Assembly: GCA_964016885.1 (NCBI GenBank)
Contig: OZ024760.1
Coordinates: forward strand, 31,434,001 to 31,498,000
DNA length: 64,000 nt
Origin: Eledone cirrhosa
Lineage: Eukaryota
Reading direction: 5' to 3'
Part shown: in pieces, positions 39,490-57,194 of the stretch
Numbering within the stretch: the stretch's first letter is position 1
How the letters are laid out: each line of letters begins with the position of its first letter
Made by a program: the position numbers and the translations under genes
Notes under the pieces: generated by a model
The model's database searches: none
Told to the model about the DNA's origin: nothing
The model's input: the letters and a program-made list of their open reading frames with translations, nothing else

Positions 39490-41092
39490 TTGTTTCTGAA
39501 TTTGTTTAGCAAGATTCTTTATCTGAAAACGTGTGTTGAAACCGATATTGTTATACTTTGGGAGGGTCATGTTGCCAATAAGAAACACACGCACCAGTTG
39601 CTTTCACTTCAATTTATTATAATAAAAACACCCCCACTAGAGAACAGTCAGGAATTAGAGAAAAACACCATGGAAAGCATCCAGAAAATAGCTAACTCCA
39701 TCCACCAGAGTATTAGAGTTACTATAGACTACCCAAGCAAACACCCCAACCATCGATTACCTGTACTAGACACAGAGCTCTGGTTAGATACCATTAATAA
39801 CAAAAAACAAATCCTCCATTCCCATTATGCCAAACCCATGACTTCCAAATATCTGATCCACCGAAACTCAGCTATTTCGGACCATATCAAAATCAACATA
39901 CTGATTGCGGATTTGGTACGGGTGATGAGAAACGTGTCCCACATGTGCAACCCCAAAGAACTAGAGAGACACATACAACACTTCATCCACTGTATGCAGT
40001 TCTCTGGTTACAATCAGAGAGATAGAATCAGAGTGTATAGAGGAGCCAGAACCAAATGGGGAAAAATGGTAAATAATGACACAAATGGGACCTGCCCCTT
40101 GTATAGGAGCAAATTTTGGAATAGAATAGAAAGAACTAGGAATAAGGTTAATAGAATAAACTCATGGTATGATAGCAATAAATACCAGAGTATAATGTAC
40201 ATTAATACAACCCCTAGAGGTGAATTAGCTTACAAATTTAGAAGGGCCTTAGATAAACATAAACTCAATATTAAGATAGTAGAAAGACCAGGTACTGCCA
40301 TAAAAACACTTATTAGCAATACATACCCTTTTCAAAGACCTGCCTGTATAGATAAGAAATGTATAATCTGTAAATTAAGCCCCCATAAAACTAGAAATGT
40401 AGTATATAGCATAAGATGTACTGAAGGACAATGTAGAGATAAGAATATAGTGTACATAGGTGAGACAGCTCGTAGTATAGGGGAACGGATAAATGAACAC
40501 TGGCGAGACCTTCAAGATAGTAAAGAATCATCAACATGCTAAAATAGAACATAAGGGTAAATTAGAGAACATAGAAATAAAAATAGAATCTACACACAGA
40601 AAAGACGCAATGTTTAGACAAATCACAGAGGCAATAAACATAAATGAACTCCAACCAAAATTAAATAGAAAACATGAATGGAACAGCAACATCACAACTT
40701 ACAATTAAGGACAAAATGAAAACACACACGCACATAGAACAAACAACCAACCAGTAACATGTAAATAAACAAATATAAACACACACAGACACCCGGATGT
40801 AACACATGTGCAAACTAAGCACACAACACACACAAAAACAAGATGGCGTAGGACAGAACAAAGGAGAGGCACAGAAACAAAGAAAAGAATCCCCAGTCAC
40901 TGAAGAGGTCACAGAATGTGTAACGAAAGAACTTTGACAATATATAAACAATCATCTGGTTGTGGAACCAACCAACCAACCAGAAATTTATAAATTCCTA
41001 AATTTATAAATTTATTATAATAAATTGAAGTGAAAGCAACTGGTGCATGTGTTTCTTATTGGTAACATGACCCTCCCAAAGTATAACAATAT
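39490..41092 (+). mobile_element. Penelope-like element (Naiad/Neptune-like), 5'-truncated: RT thumb, Cys linker, GIY-YIG; inverted terminal repeats
   Basis: RLPVLDTELW, HYAKPM, MQFSGY, CIDKKCIIC, NVVYSIRC..YIGETARSIGERINEH, RQITEAINI..LNRKHEW. 39545-39625 is inverted at about 41010-41092. Confidence 0.9.
40896..40938 (+). ncRNA. Minimal hammerhead in the PLE 3' pLTR
   Basis: GTCA-CTGAAGA-GGTCACAgaaTGTGTAAC-GAAA-GAAC-TT-TGAC, about 190 nt after the GIY-YIG stop. Confidence 0.65.
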
Positions 41093-41164
41093 ATATATTT
41101 ATATATATATATATATATAGTTATAGTTATTTACTGATCTTTGTTTTGTTTTGTTTGTGTGTAG

Positions 41165-43453
41165 GTTGCTTAGAAGCTATCCAGTTCTTTACATATGTTG
41201 AGCCGAACGACTTCTATAAAGAATCATTCTGGAGTGTTATCAGAGAAAGTATTGATTCAGTAAATATGTTGAAAAGCTCTCCAAAGGAGTCAGATGCACT
41301 GATAAAGTCATATTTACCATATTTTGGTCTCACTCTCAACGATGATTTAGTTTGGAAATCTCACACAACGGAGCCCTTGTGTTACATATCTCTCATAAAA
41401 CACAATATTTGTGATAAAAAGCCTCATACAAGCTTTACATTTAATGAATTCAAGTCTTGGCTGCATAAATACCTCACATCTTCTATTGAGAAGTTAATCA
41501 AAATCCTGTATAGCAAGTTAATCATCCAAGTTATCATAAGCACTCCATGTCCATTTATATCAGAAAGCAAATGTCAGTCATCTTCTACTTGCCATTGTCA
41601 TTTGGCAAAATTTTATGAAAATCAAACTAATAATCATGTCAACCTCTGCCGTGTTTGTGATAAACAGTGTATGCATCAACATTGTTCAAGCACATTACCA
41701 CATTTTAATACTTGTATAGTTATTTGCCAAATGCTTCTTACTCTAAAGCTATCAAAGATCAAGAATGAATTTCAATTCTATGCTACACATCTTTATAAAA
41801 CCTTGATTTCAAATGGAGATGAAACAATCCAACTAATTGACTACTTCCATCCAGAAAACATAACTGCCTTACAAACTTGTATTCGAGATCATTATAAAAA
41901 GGTTTTTCATGATAAGACTTTAATAAAAAAAATGGAGTGTTCAGATTTTTATTTTGAACTCAATATTTTATTCAGCTGGCTAAAAATAACATTTGATTTG
42001 AAGAGATTCACGCAATTGATGTATGAACAACTTGAAATGAAACCATTTCCAAATATCATATTGTTATGTACTTCTGTTGATTATATTCAGGAGATACACC
42101 TGTGTATATATGACTATTTTTATGACTCATTACATAGCCTGTTTGAGAACCAAGACATATTTGTAGCTATCAATAAGTTTTCTAAATTTGCTGAGCATCT
42201 AAAAAAGAAAAAACGAATGTTACCAGATTTAAATTGTCTTGTAATGTGGACTGAATTCTTTATGACGGTAAGTTTTATGATGATAATGAGACACTGCAGG
42301 ATAAAAGTTGTGATACCATCTTCCTATATTTCTACAACTGACTTTATAGACACCTTTCAAATAGCATCTTCAAAAAAGCTTCAAACCATTGTAAGTTCTA
42401 ATCGTATGTGGCTTAATTTGAAACGACTGAAGGAATGTGTAACCAAAATAGTGAATTTGGTTTTTAGTGATGAGATTTTCCAGCGTTTAAATAACGAAGA
42501 TATAAACTCTCAAAAACTTGCTAAACGTATCTTTATTTTGGGCTTTAGTTATGTTTATTGTTTTTCTCAACATCCTTTTCGAAGTATACCTGACCTTAGA
42601 TTTTTAGAGGTTTATAAAAGCATCAGAAGTCAAGTTATTGATCCCGACATGAGAATGAAAGATATATGCAAACACATTCGATCAAACAAAGTTAAAGCGT
42701 ATAACATTATCGAAGATGTTGTAAAATCTATGACAACTCAAAAAGGTAAAATGGCAACATATCATTGGATGTTTAAAAACGGAAAACCAATAGGAATACA
42801 CTTGGAATCTGATAAAGAAACACCAATGGAGGTAGCAGAAGTGGATAGCACACACTTACCAGTCCTCGTTGAAAATGATTCAGATTTAATAGACACAATC
42901 GACGAAGATTTAATGAGTGAACAGGTGAGAGATAAAATCAAGGATTTTAAATTGAAAAGGAAAGCTATATGTGTCATTGAAAAAGCTTATAAAAGATATA
43001 GAAATAAAATCTTGGAAGAGATGACGTCCTTACACATACCAGAGGGATTATCTCTAGTTTCCTCTGAAAAATATTGTCCAGTCTGTGCAGTTTCATTTTT
43101 TTCAAAACAATCAATCACTCCTTTTAATAATAATGGAAGTGTTTGTCCTAATGTGAAAGAGACGGTACTTGGACACCTAAAAAGACCGAAACACTCAGCA
43201 AAAATGGAGGAATTCCAAGAATTCTCACAACTTTATGAAACCCATTTTCTTCCTATAATAAACAAAGCTAAAAACGAAATTTTAAATTCAGATTCTAACG
43301 AAGAAATTAGATATTATATGGAAACACTAAAATTGCAATTGCAAGAATTTGAAAAAAACTTGCAAGCAATTTGTCAAAATGCCAACTGGAACGACACAAA
43401 GTCATTGAGGACTCGTGTAGAAACTATTGAAGATGTTTTTGAGAAAATCAGCA
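41165..43453 (+). CDS. TRANK1: TRANK1-like large C-terminal exon (IQ-like motif, C2H2/matrin-like zinc finger)
   Basis: gtgtag|GT..A|gtaagt, phase 1/1; 2289 nt open. AICVIEKAYKRYR and CPVC..GHLKRPKH. Confidence 0.8.
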
Positions 43454-43682
43454 GTAAGTATCTAAGTATTCCTTTCATTGGTATATAGTGTATGTGGGGG
43501 TCATAATATATTGGGTCATGTTAATATATATACTGGGTGAACTTGTACCTTAATGGGTCATGTTAATATATATACTTGTACCTTAGGGGTCATTTAATAT
43601 GCTGCCATTCCATCAATATGTCGTCACTCCCTATATTTTTCTTCTTTCCTTAATTATGTTTTTATTTTGATTAATTTTTCAG

Positions 43683-43702
43683 AACTGAATAAAGATGTGT
43701 GA
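43683..43702 (+). CDS. TRANK1: Putative terminal coding exon of TRANK1-like (KLNKDV*)
   Basis: tttttcag|AA CTG AAT AAA GAT GTG TGA, phase 1. AT-rich 3' UTR with AATAAA signals follows to about 45300. Confidence 0.6.
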
Positions 43703-45734
43703 ATATACACTATTCCAGATGCATCTTTTATTAAAGAATGTAAACCAAAGCCCATGTCTCAAGATACACCAGTATCTACCATCTCTTCAATTCTTATTAA
43801 CACTTCCCCAGACAGACCCAAATCCCTTATTCAACACAACTGGAGATCAGTTTGTCAATTGCCAGACGAATGCGGAGGACTAAGATTTTCAAGAAAAACT
43901 TTCCACCAAAGTTAACAAAGGACTACTCACATGATTAGTGGTCTCCTCAGACTCTATATAGACACACCACTTTGTGACAGCCTTTTTACCCCACTATATT
44001 GTACAGAAGTTTACAAATATATATATAAATACATACACACACACACTATATATACAACTTGTTGGCTTTTGCCTGTTATAAAAAAATATTATTAATGAGT
44101 CTCCCTCTATTGGGAGAACTGTCTTATGTCTTTGTAACCATATATTTACGGCTTTATACACGTATATATATATGTAGCATCTAAAACGTTAAGACTCTTC
44201 TTCTCTATCAAGTATAAACCCTAATTATCTTCATTGTACATTGTTTGGTTTATTTGCCTCTTACACACGTCTTTACTGGACCTTCATTGTTTTTCCATTG
44301 TGATCCTGTCTCTATTTGTTCTCCTGAAGAAGGGTTTATGGTCCAACTTTCTTTCCTCTTTCCAATATAAAACATGAAACTAAGACATTTTGTACCTCTG
44401 TTGTCTCCTTAAACTGTGTATATATATATATCTTAACTATAATAAGAGAGGAGCGCAGAACTGCGCCCTGAAAAATTTTTTTTATCCCATTTGTAAAATA
44501 AGTTGGATTACTTTGAATAAATAATGAATGAATATTACACAATTTATCTACTAAATTTCGTAACTCTTGATTAAATATATTCAATTTTATTGCTTATTTT
44601 AACATTCATTTCTTTAAAATTTTCAAATGTCAACACTGTCAGTTAGCATTTTATATTTTAACATTACATCACTTATAAAAAACATTCATATATTTCCATC
44701 CTAATACAATTTATATAATATTGTCTCTTTTTTTAATGTATCATCGCAGACTTCGTTCAATTTCTGTGTATATTGTCAATTACAATTTCATTTGATGTAT
44801 ATCTACATGTATATATATTTGCGTATATCAATATACACACTACTAGCAGAAAACCACCCAAAGAGTGGTTTTTCTGTTAGTATATATAATCACAAATATC
44901 AAGTATGAGGTTAAAATGATTAATAAAAACAACAAAAAAGTCCTTGGCGGGTCATGATATATATATACCAGGTCATATTGTACCTTGGTGGGTTCATTTC
45001 CATAAAATGCTGAACAATAGAAGATAAAAACCAATAAAACTAATGGCACGAAACAATTTCTATGTAAAAATATGAAGAACGCAAGTTTTCATGATTGATA
45101 TAACATTTTATTAACCAATGGAAGGATATTCAACTCATTCTCATTGTTTTTACACCTGTTTTCTCATGTTGGCATGGGTTGGACAACATTTTTGTTGAGG
45201 CTGTTCTATGGCTCATCCTGATGTCAACCCAAAATTTGATTTTATTATGATATTTATGGCATTGTTTTATGAGATGTAAATTGAAAATAATAAAAATAAA
45301 AAAGAACAAAAGACCCCTAAAGTTGTTCAAGTGATTTTGTGGAGATGGTAAAAATTTTATTGTAAATATTTTTCAGTATTTGCTGACGGTTAAAGTTATA
45401 TTCCTTGGGGTGGGATGAAAATTGAAATTGATCACATGATCTAAGTGCCTCTATTATCCCCCCCCCCCCCCCCCCCGCACACATAGACACAACTCTAGAA
45501 ATATGGGGCGGAGGGTGGCTGTGTCTAGGGAATATCTGTTGCTTGCTTTAAACAGCCACCCCCCACCAAATGCGCAGGTGGTTTTAACAGTCCTCTCCAT
45601 TACAAAAATTTCTGCCAGGTCCCCAGTGTAAGGATGCCATGGCGATCCTCCCCCACCTCACCAGGATCTCCGCTCTAAAAAGGGTCATGGTCCCTACTCT
45701 TTCCTCCATGACTAAACAGTGAGAGGGAATAATA

Positions 45735-46300
45735 ATAATTGTTTCTACTTTAGGCACAAGGCCAGCAATTACCCAGTGCATTACTGGTACTTTATTTTAT
45801 CGACCCCGTAAGGATGAAAGGCAAAGTCAACCTCGGCGGGATTTGAACTCAGATCGTAAAGGGACATAACTATGCTCCAAAGCATGGCGTCCGGCCCTCT
45901 ACCGATACTGCCAAATGGTTTCTTTTAGGCACAAGGCCAACAATTTGGGGAGCAGGGAAAATCATCGAAATGACCCCAGTGCATTACTGGTACTTTATTT
46001 TATCAACCCTGTATGAACGGCAAAGTTAACCTCAACAGGATTTGAACACAGAACGTAAAGGGCCGTAACTCTGTCGTGAAGCAGGGCGTCCGACACTACC
46101 GATCCACCACCCTAAATAATAATATTAATGTTTTTACTTTTGGCACATGGCCAGCAATTACCCCAGTGCATTACTGGTACTTTATTTTATCGACCTTGTA
46201 AGGATGAAAGGCAAAGTTAACCTCGGCGGGATTTGAACCCAGAACGTAAAGGGCCATAACTCTATGCCGCAAAGCACGGTGTCTGACGTTCTACCGATAA
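45735..46300 (-). mobile_element. Three tandem SINE family B copies
   Basis: GGTACTTTATTTTATCGACC..GGCAAAGTTAACCTCGGCGGGATTTGAA repeated three times. Confidence 0.8.
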
Positions 46301-47286
46301 TAATAATTATTATTACGTAGGTTAAGTTTGAAAAGAAAGAAAAAAAAAAAAGATTTTTTTTTAGATAAAAAAGAGATTTGACATTTCTAATTCCAGAATG
46401 AAATAAGCTGGAAAGTGAAACTAAACCCCACTACACCTCAGCAGCAGCAACAGGAATTTTATTACCTAGACCTACAGTGACTCACCACCAACTACTGGAC
46501 CCTTGCCCCCACAAATATGTCTGTATAGGGGTTGCGGAATGTGGGACCGAATGTCTGTTTAGGGGCTGCGGGACCGAGAGATTGGCAATAAGAGAAACCG
46601 TTATTGAAGCAGCAATGTTTAAAAAAAAACAAAAAAAAACCGAGGCCGGAATACTGAACATATGAAGCCCACCCTCCAAAAATATGGAAAGGCAAATATG
46701 ACCTCAGTGGAATTTGAACCCAGCCCCACAGCAGCAATATATAAATTCACAACACATTAATTCTTTCTAACATTGGGACAAGGTTTAAAAAAAAAAAAAA
46801 AAAAATAATAGTTGATTATATCGACCCCCACCCCCAGCAAATGACTGGTACTTTGGTAATTTATTTTATACAACTCTGGAAGGATGAAAGTTAAAATCAA
46901 CCCCAGCAGGATTTGATCCCAGAAAGTCTTAACTAGACACTGCAAAGCACTTTGTCCGACACAACTTTATAGTATTAATAGAGCACCCAGTACTGCCTGT
47001 AAGGTAGTAGTGCTGAAGTGACAATACTCTCAGTACATACTGTAAAGTGGTTGGTGTTAGGAAGGGTATCCAGCTATAGAAACCAAGCCCAAAACATAGG
47101 TGGCCTAGACTCAAAATGTAACAGCTCGTCTAACCCATGCAAACATGGAAAATAGATGTTAAATGGTGATGAGTATATCTATGTAGACATGTATCTAAAG
47201 AATGTATATACATGTAGGTATATACAAAGACATTTTTTCCAATTCCAACCCGCCCGTCCCCTTAATCTATTTTATTTCTCATTCTT

Positions 47287-47322
47287 TCTTCTGATGAAGG
47301 ACTAGCGTCCGAAATGTTAAAA
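47287..47322 (+). ncRNA. Minimal hammerhead-like motif with weak stem I
   Basis: TCTT-CTGATGA-a-GGAC tagc GTCC-GAAA-TG-TT-AAAA. Confidence 0.45.
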
Positions 47323-47729
47323 TCCTCTTCCTGCTATATCAAGCGTTAACTTAATATATACCTTCCATATACTGTACTTATTGTGTTGTTTGTTTACCTT
47401 TTACATACATATATGTAGGTGTGTTTTATGTATGGAACAGCTGTTTAGCGAGGGAGGAGCACCCTCCATCCAAGACCCATTTCAGGGCCTCTGACATTGG
47501 TGAGAGAGAGAATGAAAATACCCTGAAACTAGAGACTTAGTTTGAATATTTACAAGAGAGAAAACCCCGTCAAAGCCCCACCACACAATGGCTAGGGGGT
47601 GGCTTTGAACCGGGGCAAATGTTACACGAGTTAGACAGTGAGATTTGTACCCTGAAGAAATACCACAAGGTAAAACTGCCCGGCACCCTCAAAGTTGGGC
47701 CGATCCACCACCACAGACCACTCAGGTCA

Positions 47730-47950
47730 TTTATTTTATCGACCTCTGTGAGATTTTGGAACAAGATAAGGATGACTTCTGTGAGATTTTGGAACAAGAT
47801 AAGGATGACCTCTGTGAGATTTTGGACCAAGATCAGGATGACCTTTGTGGAATTTTGGACCAAGAGAAAGATAAAGTTGACCTCTGTGAGATTTTGGACC
47901 AAGATAAGGCTGACCTCTGTGGGATTTTGGACCAAGAGAAAGATAAAGCC
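47730..47950. repeat. Minisatellite with a 33-39 bp unit, apparently SINE-B derived
   Basis: GACCTCTGTGAGATTTTGGACCAAGATAAGGAT x about 6, preceded by TTTATTTTATCGACC as in SINE B. Confidence 0.75.
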
Positions 47951-48139
47951 AGAACAAAAATAGCCAAAGATAGATGAACCCATATAATTCATCTCTGATT
48001 ATGTGTAACCATGTCTAATGTATGAAGGTGTATGAATAAAATACTAAAGCTGTGTGTATGTATATATATATACACACACATTATATAAAAGAAAGAAAAA
48101 GAATTTCCACATTGAATGTTGCATTCAAGTGATATACAT

Positions 48140-52595
<4,456 letters not shown>

Positions 52596-53438
52596 CATAT
52601 GGAGGAGTCTTGTACTCTGTCACTTTAACGCCACAGAAACCGGGATAAGCACCGCCCTGATGAACCTCCGGGTTCGAGACAGACTTTAGAGACACATATA
52701 TATATATATATATGTGTATATATATATATATATATACATACATATATATTGGATCGTCAAGTATGAAATTTGTAGCAAAAAAAAAAAAAATTTCTACAAA
52801 TTTCATACTTGCCCCAATATATATATATGTGTGTATATGTATATATACACATATATATATGTGTATATGTATACATATATATATGTATATATACACACAT
52901 ATATATATATGTCTGTGTGAATGGACTTACATGTGCTGTTAGGGGGTGGGGGAGATAGAGCAATTTAAAGGGAGAAAAAAAGAAGGAAACTATACCCCCC
53001 CTCCTCCTCCCGAATCTGGTGTAAAAAATACTGTTATTACTATTAGGCCAGTTGCCATGGGCAACACCACCATTACAACCATCACATCACTGTTAACGAC
53101 AACACCACCAATTTTATCATCACTATCAACACCATGAAATTAAAAAAAAAAAAAGTAGAAAATAAAAATAATGGTAAAATTAAAATATGTAAATGTAAGA
53201 TGGGGGGGAGGGGAGGGGGTGTTTAGAGAAATAAAAGACGTAAGGAATGGGAGGGGCAGAGAGAATGAGTTGAAATATATAAAGAGGCATGAAGAGATAA
53301 GGAGACAGTGAAATGCTTGATGCCCTTCCCAACCCCTAATCCACCCCCGTCTCACCCACAGTCCACCCACATGTGATCAGGGACATCGAAAAAAGAGACA
53401 TCTTTCATCCACCATTTGTTATGATACAATATTACAAC

Positions 53439-53450
53439 TCAGGAAATTAT
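53439..53450 (-). CDS. DEK: DEK last coding exon (IIS*)
   Basis: tctttgcag|ATA ATT TCC TGA completes ..STVKQIIS, like the DEK C-terminus TTVKELIS. Confidence 0.8.
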   Translation of the reverse strand: MIS

Positions 53451-53878
53451 CTGCAAAGAAAAGAAAAAGAAGAAAATTTGGTTAGTATTACTAGGAATAA
53501 TAATAATTTCTTTATCGGCCACAAGGGCCTACATATAGGGGACAATAATAATGGTTCCTTATAAAGGCACAAGGCCAGAAATTTTGGGGGAGGGGGAAAG
53601 TCGATTAAATCGACGCCCCAGTGTATTACTGGTACTTTATATTATTGACCCTGTAAGGATGAAAGGCAAAGTTAACCTCGGTGGGATTTGAAATCAGAAT
53701 GTAAAGGGCCACAACTGGTGCAAATTAGGTGTCCCTCCATCGATAATGCCTTCTAATAGATGTATCCTCACAGATGACAATATATCTTCCAACAAAATAG
53801 AGAAACTCTCCAAATATAAAGATCTAGAGATAGAAATAACTCGAATGTGGAAAATGAAAACAGAAACAATACCTATAA

Positions 53879-56800
53879 GTCACCTGGTAATCTGTGCTTG
53901 TTGTTGTTTTATCTGTCAAATATTTCGGGACCTAAAAGTCCCTTCATCAGGGTTTAACCCTTCAGCATTCACATTGAATTGTCAAATGTCATGTTCATCT
54001 ATTCGCATTATTTTCACTTAATTATACTCAAGAGGGTTATCAATTTTATTTGTTTGTAATTACTTTAATTTTCTATGTGCAGACTTGAAATTTTGTCAGT
54101 AGATGTTTAAATAACTATAATTTACAATTATATATTTTTAACTGATTTTTTTTTGTTAAATTTGACTTTTATGAGCAGGTGAAATTAATTAACAGGTGTA
54201 AAAGTAATAACTTTATGGATAAACACAAAAATTTAAACTTTATCTGCCTTACCTGTTAGATTTGTTGCAAAAAAAATCCAATAATGATCTAGATGCTGAT
54301 TTCCATCAAGTCTAGCAGTTTCCGAACAGGTGAATTAATTAAAAATGCAGGTGTAATCAGTACAAGGTTTTAGTCTTTCTCTACATTCCAGGCAAATACT
54401 TTCATTGAAAAAAATGTATAAAACCTTTTCACCAGTCAAAATAGTATTGGCAATGTACTCTTACACAATGTACGGTGTAAATTTACGTAACAGAATGTTC
54501 CCAATATATAAGTTCATTAACAGGTGTGACACAGGTGAATGCAGGTGTTTTTGTATATGTTCTAATATATTTTTAAAATATTGTTTTCAATATTTCTATC
54601 GTGATACTGCCCAAAACACCCTTTACATAATGGCACTTTGCAAAAGGAACACATAAATAAGGTTTGGATTGCGTAACCTTTAAGAGTTTTTCTCTTTTGC
54701 AAAGAGCACAATCAGCAAACCTTCCTCCTACCATCAATTCTCTCCACTTTATGAAAATCAATATTTTCTTTGTGGACCACTGCTAATTTTGATTTTTTCC
54801 CAGCTTTGTGTTTGCGAGAAGTATATCCTCCACGTAGCTGGGATGCAATGTCCACGCGAAACTTCATATGACAGTAGTCCTTTGGTGGTGGCGGATCCTT
54901 GTGGCTTTTAGTAAATACAATAAAGGAATTCACAATGGTTAAATTCACTAAAAACCACAATATGTATCTCCACCATTTCTTTCCAGGGCGCCCAACTGGT
55001 CAGATTTGTCAACCCCACCCATATATTTATTGAAGGAGAGGTTAACTAAAGGTCTACCCTCAGCCCCAACACCTGATTGTTGGTTAGAACTCAGGAACAA
55101 AATTTGCCGTTTGTCTTTGAACACTGTGGCTAACATGTTCTCTTTTTGCCTTTGGAGAATGTCCCCTCTGTTTTTCAGTTTTGCAACTTTTATTTCTTGG
55201 GGTAGCCCTTTCCGATTGCTCATTATTGTGCCGCAGGTGTATTTACAAGGGCAAGATCCTCTGCTAAAAACACCGAAGAAAAAAAAAACGGTCAAAATAA
55301 ATATGTCTGTGTTGAAAGTGGAAGGGTTGAGTCAGCGACCACACAACATCGTAACCCAACCTGTGTTTTCTCTCTTCGTTATGTTTTTTTCCTGTGTAAA
55401 CATCAAAGTTTACACAGTATCCTGTGTCCGATTCACACAGTTCCCACACTTTGATGCCCCATTTGGTGGGTTTAGCTGGCATATACTGTCTGAAATGAAC
55501 CCTACCCTTATACCCAATCATAGCTTCATCAACACTAAGATTTTTTCCAGGTATATACACACTTTAAAATTTTTCTGACATTTCAATTAATGGTCGTACG
55601 TACAGTGGGTCGTAATTTGATTCATTTCTACCAGGGGCATTTGGAGTATCAACCAGATCCAAATACTGGTTTAATTTGATGAATCTCGTTTTTGCCATAA
55701 TACTAGATATATAAGGGTCACCAAACCTTACATCAGTACTCCAATAATTCCACAGTCGTGGAAATTGTTTAATACCAAACATAATGTTTATGGTAAAAAA
55801 CGCTTTCATTTCGGCAGAATTTGTCGGACTCCATAACAGATCAGGTTTTCCTCGGTTAGAAATTTGTTGTTGTGCATAGCGATTTGTCTCTTCTGCCACA
55901 ACTTCGAAGAAAGTTTGTGGTAAAAATAAAAAAAAATAATTCAGTGCTTTAGCATCGGGTGGTAATGTGTGTTTTCAGTAAAATCTGAAACATGTATCGG
56001 TGTTGTTTCTTTCAACCACGTTGGTGTTTTTTCAATGGTGTCAGTTATATATTCTCTTTCACTTTCAAATAAATATATCTGATTTGTTTGAAGATAAATC
56101 ACTGATATTATCTTCTGTTTCTTTTTGATCTCGAATGTCATCGGATATAAAACCTTCAAATTCGTTGTCGCTACTTTCGGAAGCCGGTACACTTTCAACG
56201 TTAAAAACACGTATTATCGCAAGTTCTTTAACTATACTAAGAGTTAATTTTCGCGCGTAAGGGCTTTATCTCGCAGTAATCTCGAATTGACGAGATTTCG
56301 ATGATGTCAATGTTTACTTTTAGAAGGAGATCTCCGTGTAGTATTAAATGTCGGTTTTTGTCGGTTTGAATAAATGAAAGGGGACATAATCTTGTCGGTT
56401 TGAATGCTAAAGGGTTAAGGAACTTTCAGTGGATAATGTTCTAGTTTCCTCTCTTTGGGATAAAATTTTGATTTTGATTTCTAAGTCGTTTTCAAGCGTT
56501 TTTTTATGGTTATTTTGCGAAATCAATTTTCTTTTTTGTATGGGCAACTTAGGAATTAAGGAAGCCTTGCTCATACGTAGACTCAACCCGCAAATAAATA
56601 ATAGATTAGACCTCAACTCACAGTACTTCACACAAAAAGACACACCCACTAAACATCTCATACAAAAAAGAAAATTGATTTAGCAAAATACTATATAGGC
56701 AACTGACGTCATTCTCGTGGAAAGGGAGATAAGCATCGAAAACGCTTGAAAACGACTTAGAAAACTTTAAATCAAAATCAAAATTTAATTCCAAAGAGAG

Positions 56801-56915
56801 GAAATTGGAACATTATCCACTGAAAGTTCCTTAAATCCTGATGAAGGGACTTTTAGGTCCCGAAATGTTGGACAGATAAAAGAAGAAGAACAACAACAAA
56901 GATTACCAGGTGGCT
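53879..56915 (+). mobile_element. PLE remnant with inverted arms and HHR-like motifs (about 56836-56873 on +, about 53915-53952 on -), interrupted by piggyBac
   Basis: GIY-YIG tail LGIKEALLIRRLNPQINNR at about 56549-56605. CTGATGA-a-GGGAC ttttag GTCCC-GAAA. The left arm rejoins across the TTAA. Confidence 0.75.
53958..56414 (-). mobile_element. piggyBac transposon (PGBD4-like transposase, frameshifted) with TTAA TSD
   Basis: TTAA|CCCTTCAGCATTCA..TGAATGCTAAAGGG|TTAA. SVDEAMIGYKGR..KPTKWGIKVW, YFDRFF, NKYMGGVDKSDQ, Cys-rich tail. Confidence 0.92.
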
Positions 56916-56990
56916 TTTCATTACCTCATCTTTTTTAGCTTTCTATCTCTTTCAACATTATAGATTGTATACAATGCTTCAAGCAACAAC

Positions 56991-57032
<42 letters not shown>

Positions 57033-57194
57033 CTTAAAGATAGCACTAACAGACACTGCACACATTTTACGAAAACTACTATCAATACAATAGAAACACC
57101 AGTAAAAACTACACTGCATGTGGCCAAGGTACACCGAGCTGTGCTCGGTAAAGCAGTAATGATGTGTAATAATAATAATAATAATAATAATAAC

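Larger units (their letters stand above)
53750..57192 (+). mobile_element. R4/Dong-like 3' fragment split by insertions (53750-53878 and 57030-57192), with (TAA)n tail
   Basis: EKLSKYKDLEIEITRMWKMKTETIPI, then LKIALTDTAHILRKLLSIQ*, 3' UTR and (TAA)n. Confidence 0.7.

Noticed and set aside
41146-43488. Standalone 780-aa single-exon gene
   Set aside because: The ORF begins at a non-ATG codon in a pyrimidine tract. A phase-compatible acceptor at 41164 links it to the upstream TRANK1 exons
44320-44390. CTGAAGA..GAAAC in the putative TRANK1 3' UTR
   Set aside because: Stems I and III do not pair convincingly; probably a decayed PLE-type motif
52600-52690. CTGATGA plus hairpin as a possible hammerhead
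   Set aside because: Followed by GAGA rather than GAAA, with no stem I or III. The context (CAGAAACCGGGATAAGC..CAGACTTTA) looks like a SINE/LINE 3' tail
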